Assembly: GCA_963787255.1 (NCBI GenBank)
Contig: CAWBCJ010000010.1
Coordinates: 32,001-96,000, forward strand
DNA length: 64,000 nucleotides
Direction of reading: 5' to 3'
From: Methanobacteriota archaeon
GTDB lineage: Archaea; Methanobacteriota; Methanobacteria; Methanobacteriales; Methanobacteriaceae
A model generated the notes under the pieces. That model worked only from the letters and a program-made list of their open reading frames with translations. It ran no database searches and was not told where the DNA came from. Of the stretch, positions 22,224 to 33,556 are shown one piece after another. Every line of letters starts with the position of its first letter. The stretch's first letter is position 1. Position numbers and translations under genes: made by a program.

Positions 22224-22791
22224 ATGAAAAAATATGCATTATTTATAATAGCTATTTTAGCTTTAGTAGTTTTTGCATCTGGTTGTACAAGTTCAAGTAA
22301 TCAAATCTCAACTCAACCAACAGTAGCAACAAAAGCCTATTCTGGAAACGGAGTTTCATTCAGTTATCCTGAAAAATGGGAGCAGCTTCAGCAAAGTAAG
22401 TTAACCAAACGCAGTAGTAGCATTTGGAGATCCTAGATTCGGTGGATAACTCAACAGGAAATGTGAACACACTTGTTGTTGTTCAAAAAGTTGCAATGCC
22501 TTCAGGATCTACTCTTAAAACAAGTGTATGATTCTACATATCAACAATTTGCTCAGCAAGATTCAAGCTTTAAAACAATTTCTGACACCACAACAACAGT
22601 TGATGGTGACCACTGCTTACGTGAATACACATACAGTAAACGTTGATGGAGTTCAAAAACAGGAAAAAGCAGTATGGCTTGAGAAAAACGGTAATATTTA
22701 TGTTATACTCTGTGGTGCATTACCAAGCGTACTTTGAATAGTGAACAGGCTAATTTTATATGCGATAATAAATACTTTCAAAGTACAGTAA
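22224..22791 (+). pseudogene. PsbP-like lipoprotein with several frameshifts (possibly assembly errors)
   Basis: Lipobox [20 protein letters not shown], later VDGTTAY and KNGNIYVILCGA in shifting frames. Confidence 0.6.
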
Positions 22792-22941
22792 TTATATTAT
22801 TTTTCATTTTTTCTTTTTTAAATAATTGAAAAACATTTATTTTATATCCATAGACAATATAAAATATAATAATCTAGTTTAATTATCTTTTTATATTATT
22901 AAAATCATTTCAAATGCTTATTTCTCATTCAAGGTGAAAAT

Positions 22942-23280
22942 ATGAAACAGGTCATGATCATAAGAACAGATCTAAACATGGGTAAAGGAAAAATGGCCGC
23001 TCAAGCATGCCATGCCAGTTTAGGTGCTTATAAAAAAGCTGATGATAAAAAAATTAAAAAATGGGAATCAGAAGGCGAGAAAAAGGTTGTTGTTAAAGTT
23101 AAAGATTTAAGAGATCTTTATGAAATATATGAAATTGTAAAAAGTACTGATATTCCAATATATCTTGTACAGGATGCTGGTCGGACTGAGCTACCGAAAG
23201 GCACTGTAACTTGTCTTGGAATAGGTCCTGATGATGATGAAAAAATAGATAAAATAACTAATGAATTGAAATTGCTATAA
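22942..23280 (+). CDS. pth2: Peptidyl-tRNA hydrolase Pth2
   Basis: [29 protein letters not shown]. Confidence 0.96.
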   Translation: MKQVMIIRTDLNMGKGKMAAQACHASLGAYKKADDKKIKKWESEGEKKVVVKVKDLRDLYEIYEIVKSTDIPIYLVQDAGRTELPKGTVTCLGIGPDDDEKIDKITNELKLL

Positions 23281-23308
23281 ATTCAAACTAATCCTGTTAA
23301 GTGGTTAA

Positions 23309-23953
23309 ATGGAATGGGTAGTTAAATTAGGTGGAAGTTTATTCCATGAAGATGCAGTGAAATTCTGCAAGTCTCTTGTTGGTAAAAATGTCCTCATAAT
23401 TTGTGGTGGTGGCGAATTTGCAAATAAAATAAGGGAATATGATGCAGAAATTGGATTTTCAGATTCTGCTTCGCATAAAACTGCTATTTTGTGCATGGAT
23501 ATATTGGGAATGCTGGTAGTGGATAAAGTGGATGGTGCAGAGGCAGTTTATTCATTAGAGGATGCAAAAAAAGTTTTAAATGATGGAAAACTCCCAATAC
23601 TGCTCCCTTCTAAATTGTTTGAGTATCTTGATCCGTTGGAGCACTCCTGGAATGTGACCTCGGATTCCATAGCAGTTTATATATCATGGCTTCTAAAAAC
23701 CAAAATATTAATAGTAACAAATGTAGATGGTATATATACTGATGATCCATCGCTTGATGGAGCAGAACTTATACAAAATATAAGTGCTAAAAAACTACTA
23801 ACTTTTGGTGAAACATCAGTTGATGAAAACTTACCAGAGCTTTTACTTAAATATAAATTAGACTGTTATGTTGTTAATGGAAAATATCCCAAAAGAGCTA
23901 TTTCTATAATTGAAGGTAAAAGTTCAAAATACACGTTTATTGGAGGTAATTAA
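23309..23953 (+). CDS. mfnE: Amino-acid-kinase family, probable methanofuran pathway kinase
   Basis: [35 protein letters not shown]. Confidence 0.7.
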   Translation: MEWVVKLGGSLFHEDAVKFCKSLVGKNVLIICGGGEFANKIREYDAEIGFSDSASHKTAILCMDILGMLVVDKVDGAEAVYSLEDAKKVLNDGKLPILLPSKLFEYLDPLEHSWNVTSDSIAVYISWLLKTKILIVTNVDGIYTDDPSLDGAELIQNISAKKLLTFGETSVDENLPELLLKYKLDCYVVNGKYPKRAISIIEGKSSKYTFIGGN

Positions 23954-24115
23954 ATGGAGAAAATAGAATGTACATCATGTAATCAAGAAATATCACCTGT
24001 AGAGACCTGTGTGAAATTCCAGTGTCCTGAATGTGAAGAAATAATTTACAGATGCCAGAAATGCAGAACATTTGGCCATCTTTACACATGCAAATGTGGA
24101 TTTAAAGGTCCTTAA
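23954..24115 (+). CDS. Small Zn-ribbon protein (DUF1610/HVO_2753-like), 53 aa
   Basis: Manual translation [36 protein letters not shown]; SD GGAGGT; typical position before EF-1beta. Confidence 0.9.
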   Translation: MEKIECTSCNQEISPVETCVKFQCPECEEIIYRCQKCRTFGHLYTCKCGFKGP

Positions 24116-24224
24116 GTTTTTAAACTTTTAAAAGAAATTTTTATATAAAAAGACTGTTTTTTTGATGTTGATCAGGATTATGGTCCTGGGATTAACATTT
24201 TTAAATATTAAATTGGTGGTAAAT

Positions 24225-24494
24225 ATGGGAGACGTAGTAGCAACAATAAAATTAATGCCTGAAAGCCCTGATGTTGATTTAGAAAGAATGAAAGAAGATG
24301 TGAGAGCATCAATTCCTGAAGGTGCTGAATTTCACAAAATAGATGAAGAACCTATTGCATTTGGTCTTGTAGCTTTAAATGTGATGGTTGTTGTAGGAGA
24401 CGCTGAAGGTGGAACCGAGAAAGTCGAAGAGAATCTCGCTAAAATTGATGGCGTCAGCAATGTTGAAGTAACCGACACAAGAAGACTCATGTAG
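24225..24494 (+). CDS. ef1b: Translation elongation factor aEF-1beta
   Basis: MGDVVATIKLMPESPDVDLE..EEPIAFGLVAL..DAEGGTE. Confidence 0.95.
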   Translation: MGDVVATIKLMPESPDVDLERMKEDVRASIPEGAEFHKIDEEPIAFGLVALNVMVVVGDAEGGTEKVEENLAKIDGVSNVEVTDTRRLM

Positions 24495-24534
24495 TTTTTT
24501 TTTGAATTAGATACTTACAATATTTTTTTTTAAA

Positions 24535-26424
24535 CTATATTCCATTATTTCTTTTTATTTTAAGAGGCTTAGTTTCGGGAAGCATGCTGTGTTTGACTCC
24601 CTGCGGTTTTGGTCCTCTATGTTCACAACCTTTAGCTATGCTTATATATAAAGCGCTGTTAATCAAACCTATATGGCTGAAAGCTTGAGGGAAATTGCCC
24701 AGCTGCTTCTTTGTTTTAGGGTCTATTTCTTCGGATAAAAGACCTAAAGGACTTATTTGTTGAAGTATGTTAACAAATATTTTTTCAGCTTCTTCTAATC
24801 TACCGGAAAGGGTGAGAGAATCTACAAGCCAGAAGGAACAAAGAGCAAAACAACCTTCATCACCAGGAAGCCCATCTTCATTCTTATAACGATAAATAAA
24901 TCCATTTTCAGTCATTAGATTTTCCATTACTGCATCAATTGTGCCTTGAATTCTTGGATCTTCGTAAGGCAGAAATCCCATTTGGGGGATAAGAACACTT
25001 GTTGCATCAACTGAGCTTGAATTAAAATATTGGACAAAACTGTTCATTTCTTTATTAAAACCCTTTTCCAGTATCGCTGCTCTTATTTCTTCCTTTGTTT
25101 TTTCCCATTTAATAAATGATGCTTCAGGTTCTTTCTTCATTGCAATTTTAATGCCCCGATCAACTCCTACCCAACACATAAGCTTGGAATGCACATAATG
25201 GCGTGGTTCATCTCTTATTTCCCATATGCCCCGATCTTTAGTATTCCAGACTTCGCATACATAATCAACTAAATCTTTTATAAAAACCCATGATTCATCA
25301 GAAATATCCTTTCCATAACGAGCAGTATCATAAATAGCATTTATCAATTCTCCATATATATCCAGCTGTTTTTGACAATATGCATCATTCCCTATTCTAA
25401 CGGGACTTGATTGTTTGTATCCAGAAAGATATTCCAGTATTCTTTCATTAATATCAATTTCTTCATGAATGGGATACATTATTCGTATGTTGGAAGGATG
25501 TGTATCCTGTTTTATGACGTTATTGATCCATTTCATGAAGTCCTGAGATTCTTCAACATGTTCAAGGTGAAAAAGAGCCTGTATTGTATATGATGAATCT
25601 CTAATCCATGCATAGCGATAGTCCCAATTTCGAACCCCGCCTATGCGTTCTGGAAGAGATGTAGTTGCTGCTGCAGCTATTGCACCGTTATATGGGTTTG
25701 CAAGTAGTTTTAATACAAGTCCTGAGCGAATAATTGTATCGCGCCATATACCTCTTAAAATACAGATTTTAGGACATTTATTAGTCCAATCCTGCCAGTA
25801 TTTTTTTGTTACTTCTAATTTGCCGTTACAATACTCATAGTCCGATGATTTTTCATCTTGTTGCCCATATTGTAGAGCAAACCATAATTTGTCATTTTTT
25901 TTCATATCGAACTGGCCTTTAACCATATCCTCCTCAATTTTTAATGGGATTTTTGTATTTAAAATTAAACTTTCATTTTCGAAGCTGCATTTTACTCCTT
26001 CTTTAATTAATTCAAATTCTGGAATTGATTTGCCATAATTAAAACGAGGTTTGAAATTTAATTTAAGTCTGCTGTGTCCTTCAATGCATTCAATTTTTCT
26101 GTAAACAGATCTATGCATTTTAGTTTCACCATCTCCTTTAACTGGCATAAAATCAGTTATTGCGACCATGCCGAAGGGGGTGTTAAAAGTGGTTCGAAGA
26201 ATGTTTGTATTTTTAATATAGGTATGAAAAGAATCGAATTTAGAAACAGGTTGAATGGTAAATTGGCCTCCTCTTTCATTGTCCAAAATCGCGGCAAAAA
26301 CAGAAGGAGATTCAAGATAAGGAAAGCATAACCAGTCTATTGATCCATCGTTACCTACAAGGGCACATGTTTCTAGGTTTCCAATTATGCCGTAGTCTTC
26401 TATGTCTTTATACTCATTTTGCAT
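24535..26424 (-). CDS. Glycoside hydrolase family 15 (trehalase/glucoamylase-like)
   Basis: IEDYGIIGN..GSIDWLC, AAATTSLPE..RNWDYRYAWIRD, QLDIYGE, GIWEIR, GLLSEE, GNFPQAFSH. Confidence 0.92.
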   Translation of the reverse strand: MQNEYKDIEDYGIIGNLETCALVGNDGSIDWLCFPYLESPSVFAAILDNERGGQFTIQPVSKFDSFHTYIKNTNILRTTFNTPFGMVAITDFMPVKGDGETKMHRSVYRKIECIEGHSRLKLNFKPRFNYGKSIPEFELIKEGVKCSFENESLILNTKIPLKIEEDMVKGQFDMKKNDKLWFALQYGQQDEKSSDYEYCNGKLEVTKKYWQDWTNKCPKICILRGIWRDTIIRSGLVLKLLANPYNGAIAAAATTSLPERIGGVRNWDYRYAWIRDSSYTIQALFHLEHVEESQDFMKWINNVIKQDTHPSNIRIMYPIHEEIDINERILEYLSGYKQSSPVRIGNDAYCQKQLDIYGELINAIYDTARYGKDISDESWVFIKDLVDYVCEVWNTKDRGIWEIRDEPRHYVHSKLMCWVGVDRGIKIAMKKEPEASFIKWEKTKEEIRAAILEKGFNKEMNSFVQYFNSSSVDATSVLIPQMGFLPYEDPRIQGTIDAVMENLMTENGFIYRYKNEDGLPGDEGCFALCSFWLVDSLTLSGRLEEAEKIFVNILQQISPLGLLSEEIDPKTKKQLGNFPQAFSHIGLINSALYISIAKGCEHRGPKPQGVKHSMLPETKPLKIKRNNGI

Positions 26425-26458
26425 ATAAATCGATCCTATTTAATTCATCTTTCAAGTT

Positions 26459-27811
26459 TTAATGACGTTTACCTAAAAAACACAGTCTTTCAATTTCTTC
26501 AAGGGATTTTCCTTTAGTTTCAGGTACTCGGAAATAAACGAATACTAAAGCACCTATTCCAATTAAACTGTAAAGCCAAAAGGTTCCTGGAGTTCCTAAT
26601 AATTGAATTAATGATAGAAAAGTTATTGCTACCAGTAAATTCATTCCCCAGTTAACTACTGTGGCAATACTCATTGCACGACCTCTTATTTTTAAGGGAT
26701 ATATCTCTGAAATCATTAACCAGAAAACAGGTCCTAAACCTATAGCAAATGAGCCAACGTACAGCATCAAGCTTATAACCGCTAGCCATCCTAAAGATCC
26801 GGACAAACCAGGTAAAGCAAAAGCCAGCCCTAATATTCCCAGGCTAATTACCATACCAACCAGACCAACTAGAAGTAAAGGCCTTCTTCCAATTCTATCA
26901 ATTAGTAATATGGCTACAATGGTCAAGAGCACGTTTATTACACCAATACCGGCTGTAGCAAGTATAGAAACGGCTGCTGATTGTAAACCTGCAAATAAAA
27001 GAATTGTGGGTGCGTAATATATGACTGTGTTAATACCGGTTAACTGTTGAAAAATAGCAAGTCCTACGCCAATTGTTAGTGCAGGTCTAATTTTAGGACT
27101 TAGTAGATCAGACCATTTACTCTCTCTTTCAAGGGTTAAACTATCTTTTATTTCTTTTATTTCTTCATCTACTCTGGTGGTACCTCTTATTCTTTCAAGC
27201 ACTGATCTTGCCTTGTCAGCGATTCCTTTGCTTAAAAGCCAACGAGGACTTGGAGGCATGAAATACATTCCAATTCCAAGCACAATGCTTGGAACTACGG
27301 CTAATCCAAGCATCCAGCGCCACTCTCCAGTTGCGGCAAAATAAAAGTCTATAAGATATGAAACAACTATTCCTACTGTTATGGCAAGCTGGTTTAAGGA
27401 TACCAGTGCACCTCTGATGTTAACTGGTGCAACTTCGGCTATATATAGGGGCGCTATGAATGAAGCCATTCCAATGGCTACACCTACACCTATTCTACCT
27501 GCAATTAGTGCATAGATATTAGGGGTAAGTGCAGTAAATATAGCACCTAATCCAAAAATTATTGAAGCTAGAATAATCATTATACGGCGGCCATATTTAT
27601 CTGCTAGGACTCCACTTATACCTGCACCTATTACTGCTCCTATTAGCACTGAGCTTACGACGATTTCTTGTGCAGTGCTTGAAAGGGTAAAAGCTTCCCG
27701 GATAAAGAGTATTGCTCCTGAAATTACTCCGGTATCATATCCAAAAAGTAATCCTCCGATAGCGGTGATTGCTGCAGCTATAATCACAAATCGGTTATTT
27801 CCATAACTCAT
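26459..27811 (-). CDS. MFS sugar porter
   Basis: GGLLFGYDTGVISGA, DKYGRR, YIAEVAP..RG, QQLTGIN, DRIGRR, PETKGKSLEEIE; true start may be ATG 27827 (SD GGAGG) with one extra A. Confidence 0.93.
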   Translation of the reverse strand: MSYGNNRFVIIAAAITAIGGLLFGYDTGVISGAILFIREAFTLSSTAQEIVVSSVLIGAVIGAGISGVLADKYGRRIMIILASIIFGLGAIFTALTPNIYALIAGRIGVGVAIGMASFIAPLYIAEVAPVNIRGALVSLNQLAITVGIVVSYLIDFYFAATGEWRWMLGLAVVPSIVLGIGMYFMPPSPRWLLSKGIADKARSVLERIRGTTRVDEEIKEIKDSLTLERESKWSDLLSPKIRPALTIGVGLAIFQQLTGINTVIYYAPTILLFAGLQSAAVSILATAGIGVINVLLTIVAILLIDRIGRRPLLLVGLVGMVISLGILGLAFALPGLSGSLGWLAVISLMLYVGSFAIGLGPVFWLMISEIYPLKIRGRAMSIATVVNWGMNLLVAITFLSLIQLLGTPGTFWLYSLIGIGALVFVYFRVPETKGKSLEEIERLCFLGKRH

Positions 27812-28274
27812 TTTCCTTTTTAGCCATTTATATTGCCTCCATTATGAATATTTCTAAATAATTCATGTTAATTTAAAAATTAGGTTATTAATTAATTTTA
27901 AAAATCCCTTTCGTTATTTTTTTTAGGCATTTGAAGTGCTATTATACAAAATAAGTTTTTTCAAAGATTTATTGGAGATTTAATGGAATAAAAGGGTATG
28001 TAGTAGATTTATTGCTGTAAATACTGACTATAATGCTTTAGATGTGAGAGTTTAGGATTTATTTAATATTATAATTTAAATATTTTGTATTACTATATTA
28101 TACATCTTTGAGCTTAAAAAATTTATTATAAAGATTTCAATCTGGAATAAACTCAAAAATTAATTATTTCAGGCAAAATAATAATATTTTAAAAATTAGG
28201 CGTAAAAAAAAACTATTTTTTATGAAAAATAATAATTCATTGAAAATTAAAACAATTTTAATAAAAAAAGAAAT

Positions 28275-28616
28275 TTAGTGTAAATCATTACATAGGGGCA
28301 TATGAATACTTATAAGCGCGTTTTTTAATTTTTCTCTTTCCTCAATATTGGAATTTGGCATTAAATGAGCACTGATATAAATATTACTTCTAAAACCGGC
28401 TTCTTTAAACCAGCAATCATACTTAGGGTGATTTAGATATGATCCTTCTCCAGATAATTCACTAGATTCGCATAAATACATAATCTGATATCCCTCGGGA
28501 TTATTTTCAGGATCAGGCTTCATCATAATGGCATAAATAGCCGGAAAATTCAGTGGATCCCAATTTTTAATGAGATGAGGGCCGTCAAATAATCTTTTAC
28601 TAATTTCTATACTCAT
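28275..28616 (-). CDS. Small GIY-YIG-like protein (degenerate)
   Basis: AIYAI..IMYLCES..HPKYDCW..P.CN pattern resembles the GIY-YIG fold. Confidence 0.45.
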   Translation of the reverse strand: MSIEISKRLFDGPHLIKNWDPLNFPAIYAIMMKPDPENNPEGYQIMYLCESSELSGEGSYLNHPKYDCWFKEAGFRSNIYISAHLMPNSNIEEREKLKNALISIHMPLCNDLH

Positions 28617-28660
28617 GTAATTCCTCTTAATTAAATGTTAGTAACTTCTGCTTTAAATAA

Positions 28661-29641
28661 TTATATAACAATAATTTCTTTACCTAATTTACCCGCAGCT
28701 TCCACAAAATCAGTTGTATCAACACCAGGAAACGCATCAACAATACAAATATCAAATTCCTCATCCAAAACTTCTTTTAATTCTCGTATATCCATTGAAT
28801 ATGCTTTAAAATTCTCACCCTCTGCCACTACATTTCTTTTAGGGTTCCAGAAGTCCACATGAAATCCATTAGCCTCAATATTTATCGCAGTCATTGTTAC
28901 TGCAGGAAACCAGAGATCATTAAAAACAACCCTACGCGCTCCTGCTTTAAGACAGGCAATACCCAATGTTCCAGGTCCACAGGTACAATCAAGAACAGAT
29001 GGAGCATCATATTTATCTAAAACTTTCCTGAGGATCTCTATTTTAGGTGATCTAATCTTAGGGAATTCTATATGAACTTTTCCCTGATATTTGTGGATAC
29101 ATAAAGCACCATAGGGTGTTTGAACAATATCACATCGAATGTCGCATCCTGCAAGAAGTTCATATACATTGGGGTTAAAATCAATGTCTTTTATACCTGC
29201 AGTTTCCCTTAAATCTCCTTTAAGTACTCCTTTAACTTCTCCAACTTCATTAATTATTCTTTCTGCACATTCTTTGGTTACATCACTAGATAATATTACC
29301 AAGGAATTTTCAGGCAAATATGGAGCATAATTAAGTGGAAATGCAGGGGTTATTAGGGGAGTACAGGCATTTCTTAGGCTAGATTTTTTGTCTTTTACAC
29401 CTTCTTCAATCATTATTTTTAACACGTGGGCAACTACCACATCAAGATGCCTCTTACCGCAATTACAACTTCCAAAATTAGTATCTATTTCATTAAGGTT
29501 AACTTGACGTGCTAATGGGGAGAATTTCTTTAATTTGAGTGATTTGCATTCAGCACATGGTCTGTAAAATATTTCAATTTCATTCAACACTGATGATGCT
29601 GGCTTTATGCAGGCATCTCCACACCTACATTTAATTTCCAT
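28661..29641 (-). CDS. SAM-dependent methyltransferase with Cys-rich N-terminus
   Basis: VLDCTCGPGTLG..VVFND..DAFPG; several CxC/CxxC. Confidence 0.75.
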   Translation of the reverse strand: MEIKCRCGDACIKPASSVLNEIEIFYRPCAECKSLKLKKFSPLARQVNLNEIDTNFGSCNCGKRHLDVVVAHVLKIMIEEGVKDKKSSLRNACTPLITPAFPLNYAPYLPENSLVILSSDVTKECAERIINEVGEVKGVLKGDLRETAGIKDIDFNPNVYELLAGCDIRCDIVQTPYGALCIHKYQGKVHIEFPKIRSPKIEILRKVLDKYDAPSVLDCTCGPGTLGIACLKAGARRVVFNDLWFPAVTMTAINIEANGFHVDFWNPKRNVVAEGENFKAYSMDIRELKEVLDEEFDICIVDAFPGVDTTDFVEAAGKLGKEIIVI

Positions 29642-29689
29642 ATGCTTAAATATGGGATACTTAATATAAATATGTAAGTCATTAGTTGC

Positions 29690-31492
29690 GTGAGTTACAT
29701 GAAAAATAAGCGTAAGGAAATACTCAGGGATCTTTTAGGAGAATTCGGTTCTGAAGATGGGAATGAAGAAGATAGCGAACGATCAGAGGAAAAAACCTAT
29801 GAAAAGTCAGTTAAAGAATCCAAATACGTTCCAGAAAAATTAGAACGTGAAGAAGAAGATTCGCCCATTGATTCTTACATATACCGTAAAATTGAACATG
29901 AAGAAGGGGATAAGTCGACTGAATCTTATCTGCCCCGTAAAGTTGAGCGTAAGGAAGAAAAATCACTATTTTTTGATGATGAAGAAGATGGATACCAACT
30001 GGATTCCATAATGGGGAACGAACCTACTTTGGAAAAGGTTATAGATAAGCCCAAAAGACGCCCCAAGAAAATAAAGAAGATGACTGAGGGAATAAAGGCA
30101 GAAATTATAGAAGAAGGCCTGATTCCATCTTACAATGTAAATGTCCCTAAATTTACTGAACGTGAGAGACAATTGCTCACTGAAATACGGGAAAAACTTG
30201 TTGAAGTGGCTGTATCTCAGGGTGAGAACTTTAAAATCGACGAAAACTCTTTTATTGGTGAAGTTAAAGAATTTCTTAAAATGAAAGGGATTAGGGACAC
30301 AGATAAACTGGCTACACAAATTTCTCAGGAAATGCTAGGATATGCACAACTCAATCCTATGATTAAGGACGATGACCTCGAAGAAATAATGGTAATTGGT
30401 ACAGAAAAGCCTGTTTTTGTTTATCATCGAAAAATTGGAATGATGCAAACAAATGTTGTTTTTGAAGAAGATTCTGATGTCAGGGCAATTATAGATGTTA
30501 TTGCAAGACAGGTAAACCGTAGAATAGACCAGCAAACACCTATTTTAGATGCAAGGCTAGGTGATGGTTCAAGGGTAAATGCAACCATTCCACCAGTATC
30601 TGCAGACGGATCAACATTAACTATACGTAAATTCCGTAAAGACCCACTCACTGTCATTGATTTAATTAATTTTAAAACCATTTCATCCCATTTAGCAGGA
30701 TTTTTATGGGTTTGTGTTGATGGACTTGGAGTTAAGCCCTGTAACGCAATTATAGCCGGAGGTACAGGTTCTGGTAAAACCACAACCTTGAACACTGTAA
30801 CATCATTTACACCTCCACGTGAGAGAATAATTACCATAGAGGATACTTTAGAGCTGCAGCTCCCTCACGATCACGTTTTACGTATGGAAACCCGCCCCCC
30901 TAACATTGAAGGGAAAGGGGAACTTGATATGGATACATTAGTTAAAAACTCTCTCCGACAAAGGCCTGACCGCGTTATTGTAGGGGAAGTAAGAGGAATA
31001 GAAGCAATAACTCTTTTCACAGCTTTAAATACTGGACACTCGGGTATGGGAACACTTCACTCCAACACAGCAAGGGAAACAATTACAAGACTTGTAAATC
31101 CACCAATGAACGTCCCCAACATTATGATACCAGCTTTAGATTTCATTATAATGCAGAATAGGATGTACAGGCCGGAAGGAGGATCTATAAGAAGGGTGAC
31201 TGAAGTTGCAGAGATTGTAGGAATGGAAGAAGGTAATGTACAGCTAAACAGGGTATTTGAATGGAATAACATTGTTGATAAGGTGGAATATGTTGGAATT
31301 GCCAGCCAAACTCTTAGGGCAATAGCTGAACTCCGTGGAATAGGAATCACGGAAATTGAAGAAGAAATAGAAAAAAGAAGGCTGGTACTGGAATACATGG
31401 CTGATAACAACATTAGATCAATTACTGATGTTGGTAACTGGATTCATGAATATTATAAAGATCCAGATGAGATTTTAGAGAAAATATTATAA
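29690..31492 (+). CDS. Type IV pilus/secretion ATPase (CpaF/VirB11 family)
   Basis: [40 protein letters not shown]; acidic N-terminal extension. Confidence 0.93.
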   Translation: MSYMKNKRKEILRDLLGEFGSEDGNEEDSERSEEKTYEKSVKESKYVPEKLEREEEDSPIDSYIYRKIEHEEGDKSTESYLPRKVERKEEKSLFFDDEEDGYQLDSIMGNEPTLEKVIDKPKRRPKKIKKMTEGIKAEIIEEGLIPSYNVNVPKFTERERQLLTEIREKLVEVAVSQGENFKIDENSFIGEVKEFLKMKGIRDTDKLATQISQEMLGYAQLNPMIKDDDLEEIMVIGTEKPVFVYHRKIGMMQTNVVFEEDSDVRAIIDVIARQVNRRIDQQTPILDARLGDGSRVNATIPPVSADGSTLTIRKFRKDPLTVIDLINFKTISSHLAGFLWVCVDGLGVKPCNAIIAGGTGSGKTTTLNTVTSFTPPRERIITIEDTLELQLPHDHVLRMETRPPNIEGKGELDMDTLVKNSLRQRPDRVIVGEVRGIEAITLFTALNTGHSGMGTLHSNTARETITRLVNPPMNVPNIMIPALDFIIMQNRMYRPEGGSIRRVTEVAEIVGMEEGNVQLNRVFEWNNIVDKVEYVGIASQTLRAIAELRGIGITEIEEEIEKRRLVLEYMADNNIRSITDVGNWIHEYYKDPDEILEKIL

Positions 31493-31514
31493 TTTTCACA
31501 TATGTGGTGATAAA

Positions 31515-32603
31515 ATGGTATTCGACGGCCTTAAAAAGATCTTTAACCGGATTGGCGGAGTAACAATTAATTCAAGTAAAAAGGTGGGTGAAGGAGTTCA
31601 GGCACCAGTAAATAAATTAGGTAACATAAAATCTCCTGTAAATAAAATGGGTAGCATTAAATCTATTTCAAGGCCTGGAAGTAAAGAATATGAACCACAG
31701 TTTAATCCTCAAAAGACGTCTCCACGTGTTATAGAAAGAATGCAGATGGATAAAGATGAGATTCAAATGTTTAAAGAACTCATCGACAAAAAATACGAGA
31801 AAAAAGAGAAATCTAAAGAAAAAAAGGCTAAAATGGATGTATATCACAAAGCTGCACTTGAAGAAATCCTCAAAGCAGAGGAAAAAGAAGGTTTGGACCC
31901 TAAACTGATTATGGGTATGGGTGCAGTCTCCTTTGTAGTGGTCATGGTTTTAATGATTGGCCTGGGCTTTGGAATTGAAATTGGCCTAATATTTGGAATG
32001 CTCATATTTTTGATGTCAGGTATTATTGTTTTTTTACCAAAACTTCAAAGTGGAAAACGTTCATCGGAAGCTTCAAGAGAATTACCCTTTGCTTTAAGAC
32101 AGATGGCAACAGAACTTAGAGCGGGCCTGGGACTTCATGAAAGTATGAGATCAGTGGCTGTATCTGGATACGGCCCACTTTCTGAGGAATTTGCAAGGAC
32201 CCTGGAAGAGATAAGGTACGGGGAAACAACAGAAAATGCTTTAATTGATATGAGTGAACGTATAAATTCTGAAGGATTAAAAAGGGCGATATATCAGATA
32301 ACAAGAACTCTTTCCAGTGGTGGAGATCTTTCAAGAACATTGAATGTTATAGCAGAAGATACTGCATATGAAATGCGGATGAAATTAAAAGATTACGCCC
32401 AAAAGTTAAACTCATTTACCATGATATACATGTTCGTCGCTATTTTAGGGCCAGTAATTCTCATGATCATGTTAATTGCTGCATCAACTGTTATGGGTCC
32501 AATGTTCCCCCCAATAGTTCTTTTAGTATTGTATCTGTTCTTATTCCCAATGATTGTGGGTTTCATGGCATTTATGATTAAAAGACTTGAACCTCAAATA
32601 TAA
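31515..32603 (+). CDS. Type II secretion F / TadB-like platform protein
   Basis: [36 protein letters not shown]; follows the ATPase. Confidence 0.88.
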   Translation: MVFDGLKKIFNRIGGVTINSSKKVGEGVQAPVNKLGNIKSPVNKMGSIKSISRPGSKEYEPQFNPQKTSPRVIERMQMDKDEIQMFKELIDKKYEKKEKSKEKKAKMDVYHKAALEEILKAEEKEGLDPKLIMGMGAVSFVVVMVLMIGLGFGIEIGLIFGMLIFLMSGIIVFLPKLQSGKRSSEASRELPFALRQMATELRAGLGLHESMRSVAVSGYGPLSEEFARTLEEIRYGETTENALIDMSERINSEGLKRAIYQITRTLSSGGDLSRTLNVIAEDTAYEMRMKLKDYAQKLNSFTMIYMFVAILGPVILMIMLIAASTVMGPMFPPIVLLVLYLFLFPMIVGFMAFMIKRLEPQI

Positions 32604-32660
32604 ATTTGAATTTCAAAAATAAAATTAAGAAGAAATATTTCTTCTTTATCTAATTTTTTT

Positions 32661-33449
32661 TTAAATAACTGAAAAATAACGTGTAATTTCAAGGCCTACT
32701 ATTAGTGATAGGGTTATTGTTATAAATGTGTAGTCTTTAACATTTAATCTCTTGTTATCGTTGTATAAATTCGATCCATCAGAATAACCCCTGCTTAACA
32801 TGCTGAAATATACTTTCTCTCCCTGTTCATAAGAACGCAGGAACATCATGCCTATAGTTTCGCCTACTTTCCTTAATTTCCACATATAATTAGTTTTTTT
32901 ACTTCTTATGTCAAAGCATCGTGTTTTTTGAGCATTGCGAATTTTTCTTAATTCTTCATAGAAGAAAAAGAGATATCTCAAAGTCAAACTTAATAACATA
33001 GAAAATTCTCGAGGTACACCAAGTTTACGTGCAGAATTGATAAGTTCTTGCATTGGAGTTACTGATGAAAGAAGCACTATGGCAGTTACACAAACGATAA
33101 TTCTTAGTAATAGGAGTAATCCAAAGTCTAAGCCCTGTTGTGTGATGGTAATTCCAAAAGGAAGGGTATAAATTACAGTTCCTTCCCTAATAAATAGTTG
33201 TAATAATGCAATAGCTCCTCCAAATGGTAAAATCAATGCTATTCTTTTAAGAGCGTAGCTTAAAGAAATATGAGATATCAAAATTAACATTATAAGATAA
33301 AATTCCATTATAGATAATACAATTAAATTGGTAGTGTATACAGCATACACAATAATTAACATGCTGGAAATAATCTTGATTCTACCATCTAATGAATGTA
33401 AAGCGCTTTTTTTACCAGCTTCCATTTCAATACTTGAAATATTTACCAT
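32661..33449 (-). CDS. cbiQ: ECF transporter T component CbiQ/NikQ
   Basis: LHSLDGRIK, LTLRY, AQKTR, FLRSYEQGE..MLSRGY. Confidence 0.9.
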   Translation of the reverse strand: MVNISSIEMEAGKKSALHSLDGRIKIISSMLIIVYAVYTTNLIVLSIMEFYLIMLILISHISLSYALKRIALILPFGGAIALLQLFIREGTVIYTLPFGITITQQGLDFGLLLLLRIIVCVTAIVLLSSVTPMQELINSARKLGVPREFSMLLSLTLRYLFFFYEELRKIRNAQKTRCFDIRSKKTNYMWKLRKVGETIGMMFLRSYEQGEKVYFSMLSRGYSDGSNLYNDNKRLNVKDYTFITITLSLIVGLEITRYFSVI

Positions 33450-33488
33450 TTTTTTTATCCTCAATTTAATATATTTAAAAATCCTCAA

Positions 33489-33546
33489 ACACAAAGCAGG
33501 CAAATCTTTCGATTTGCTGCGTCAAAATCATAGATTTTCGAGTGTG
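33489..33546. repeat. Intergenic hairpin repeat element, short copy C
   Basis: GCAAATC-TTTC-GATTTGC and AAAATC-ATA-GATTTT hairpins; GATTTTCGAGTG shared with copy A. Confidence 0.6.
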
Positions 33547-33556
33547 AAAGGAAAAT

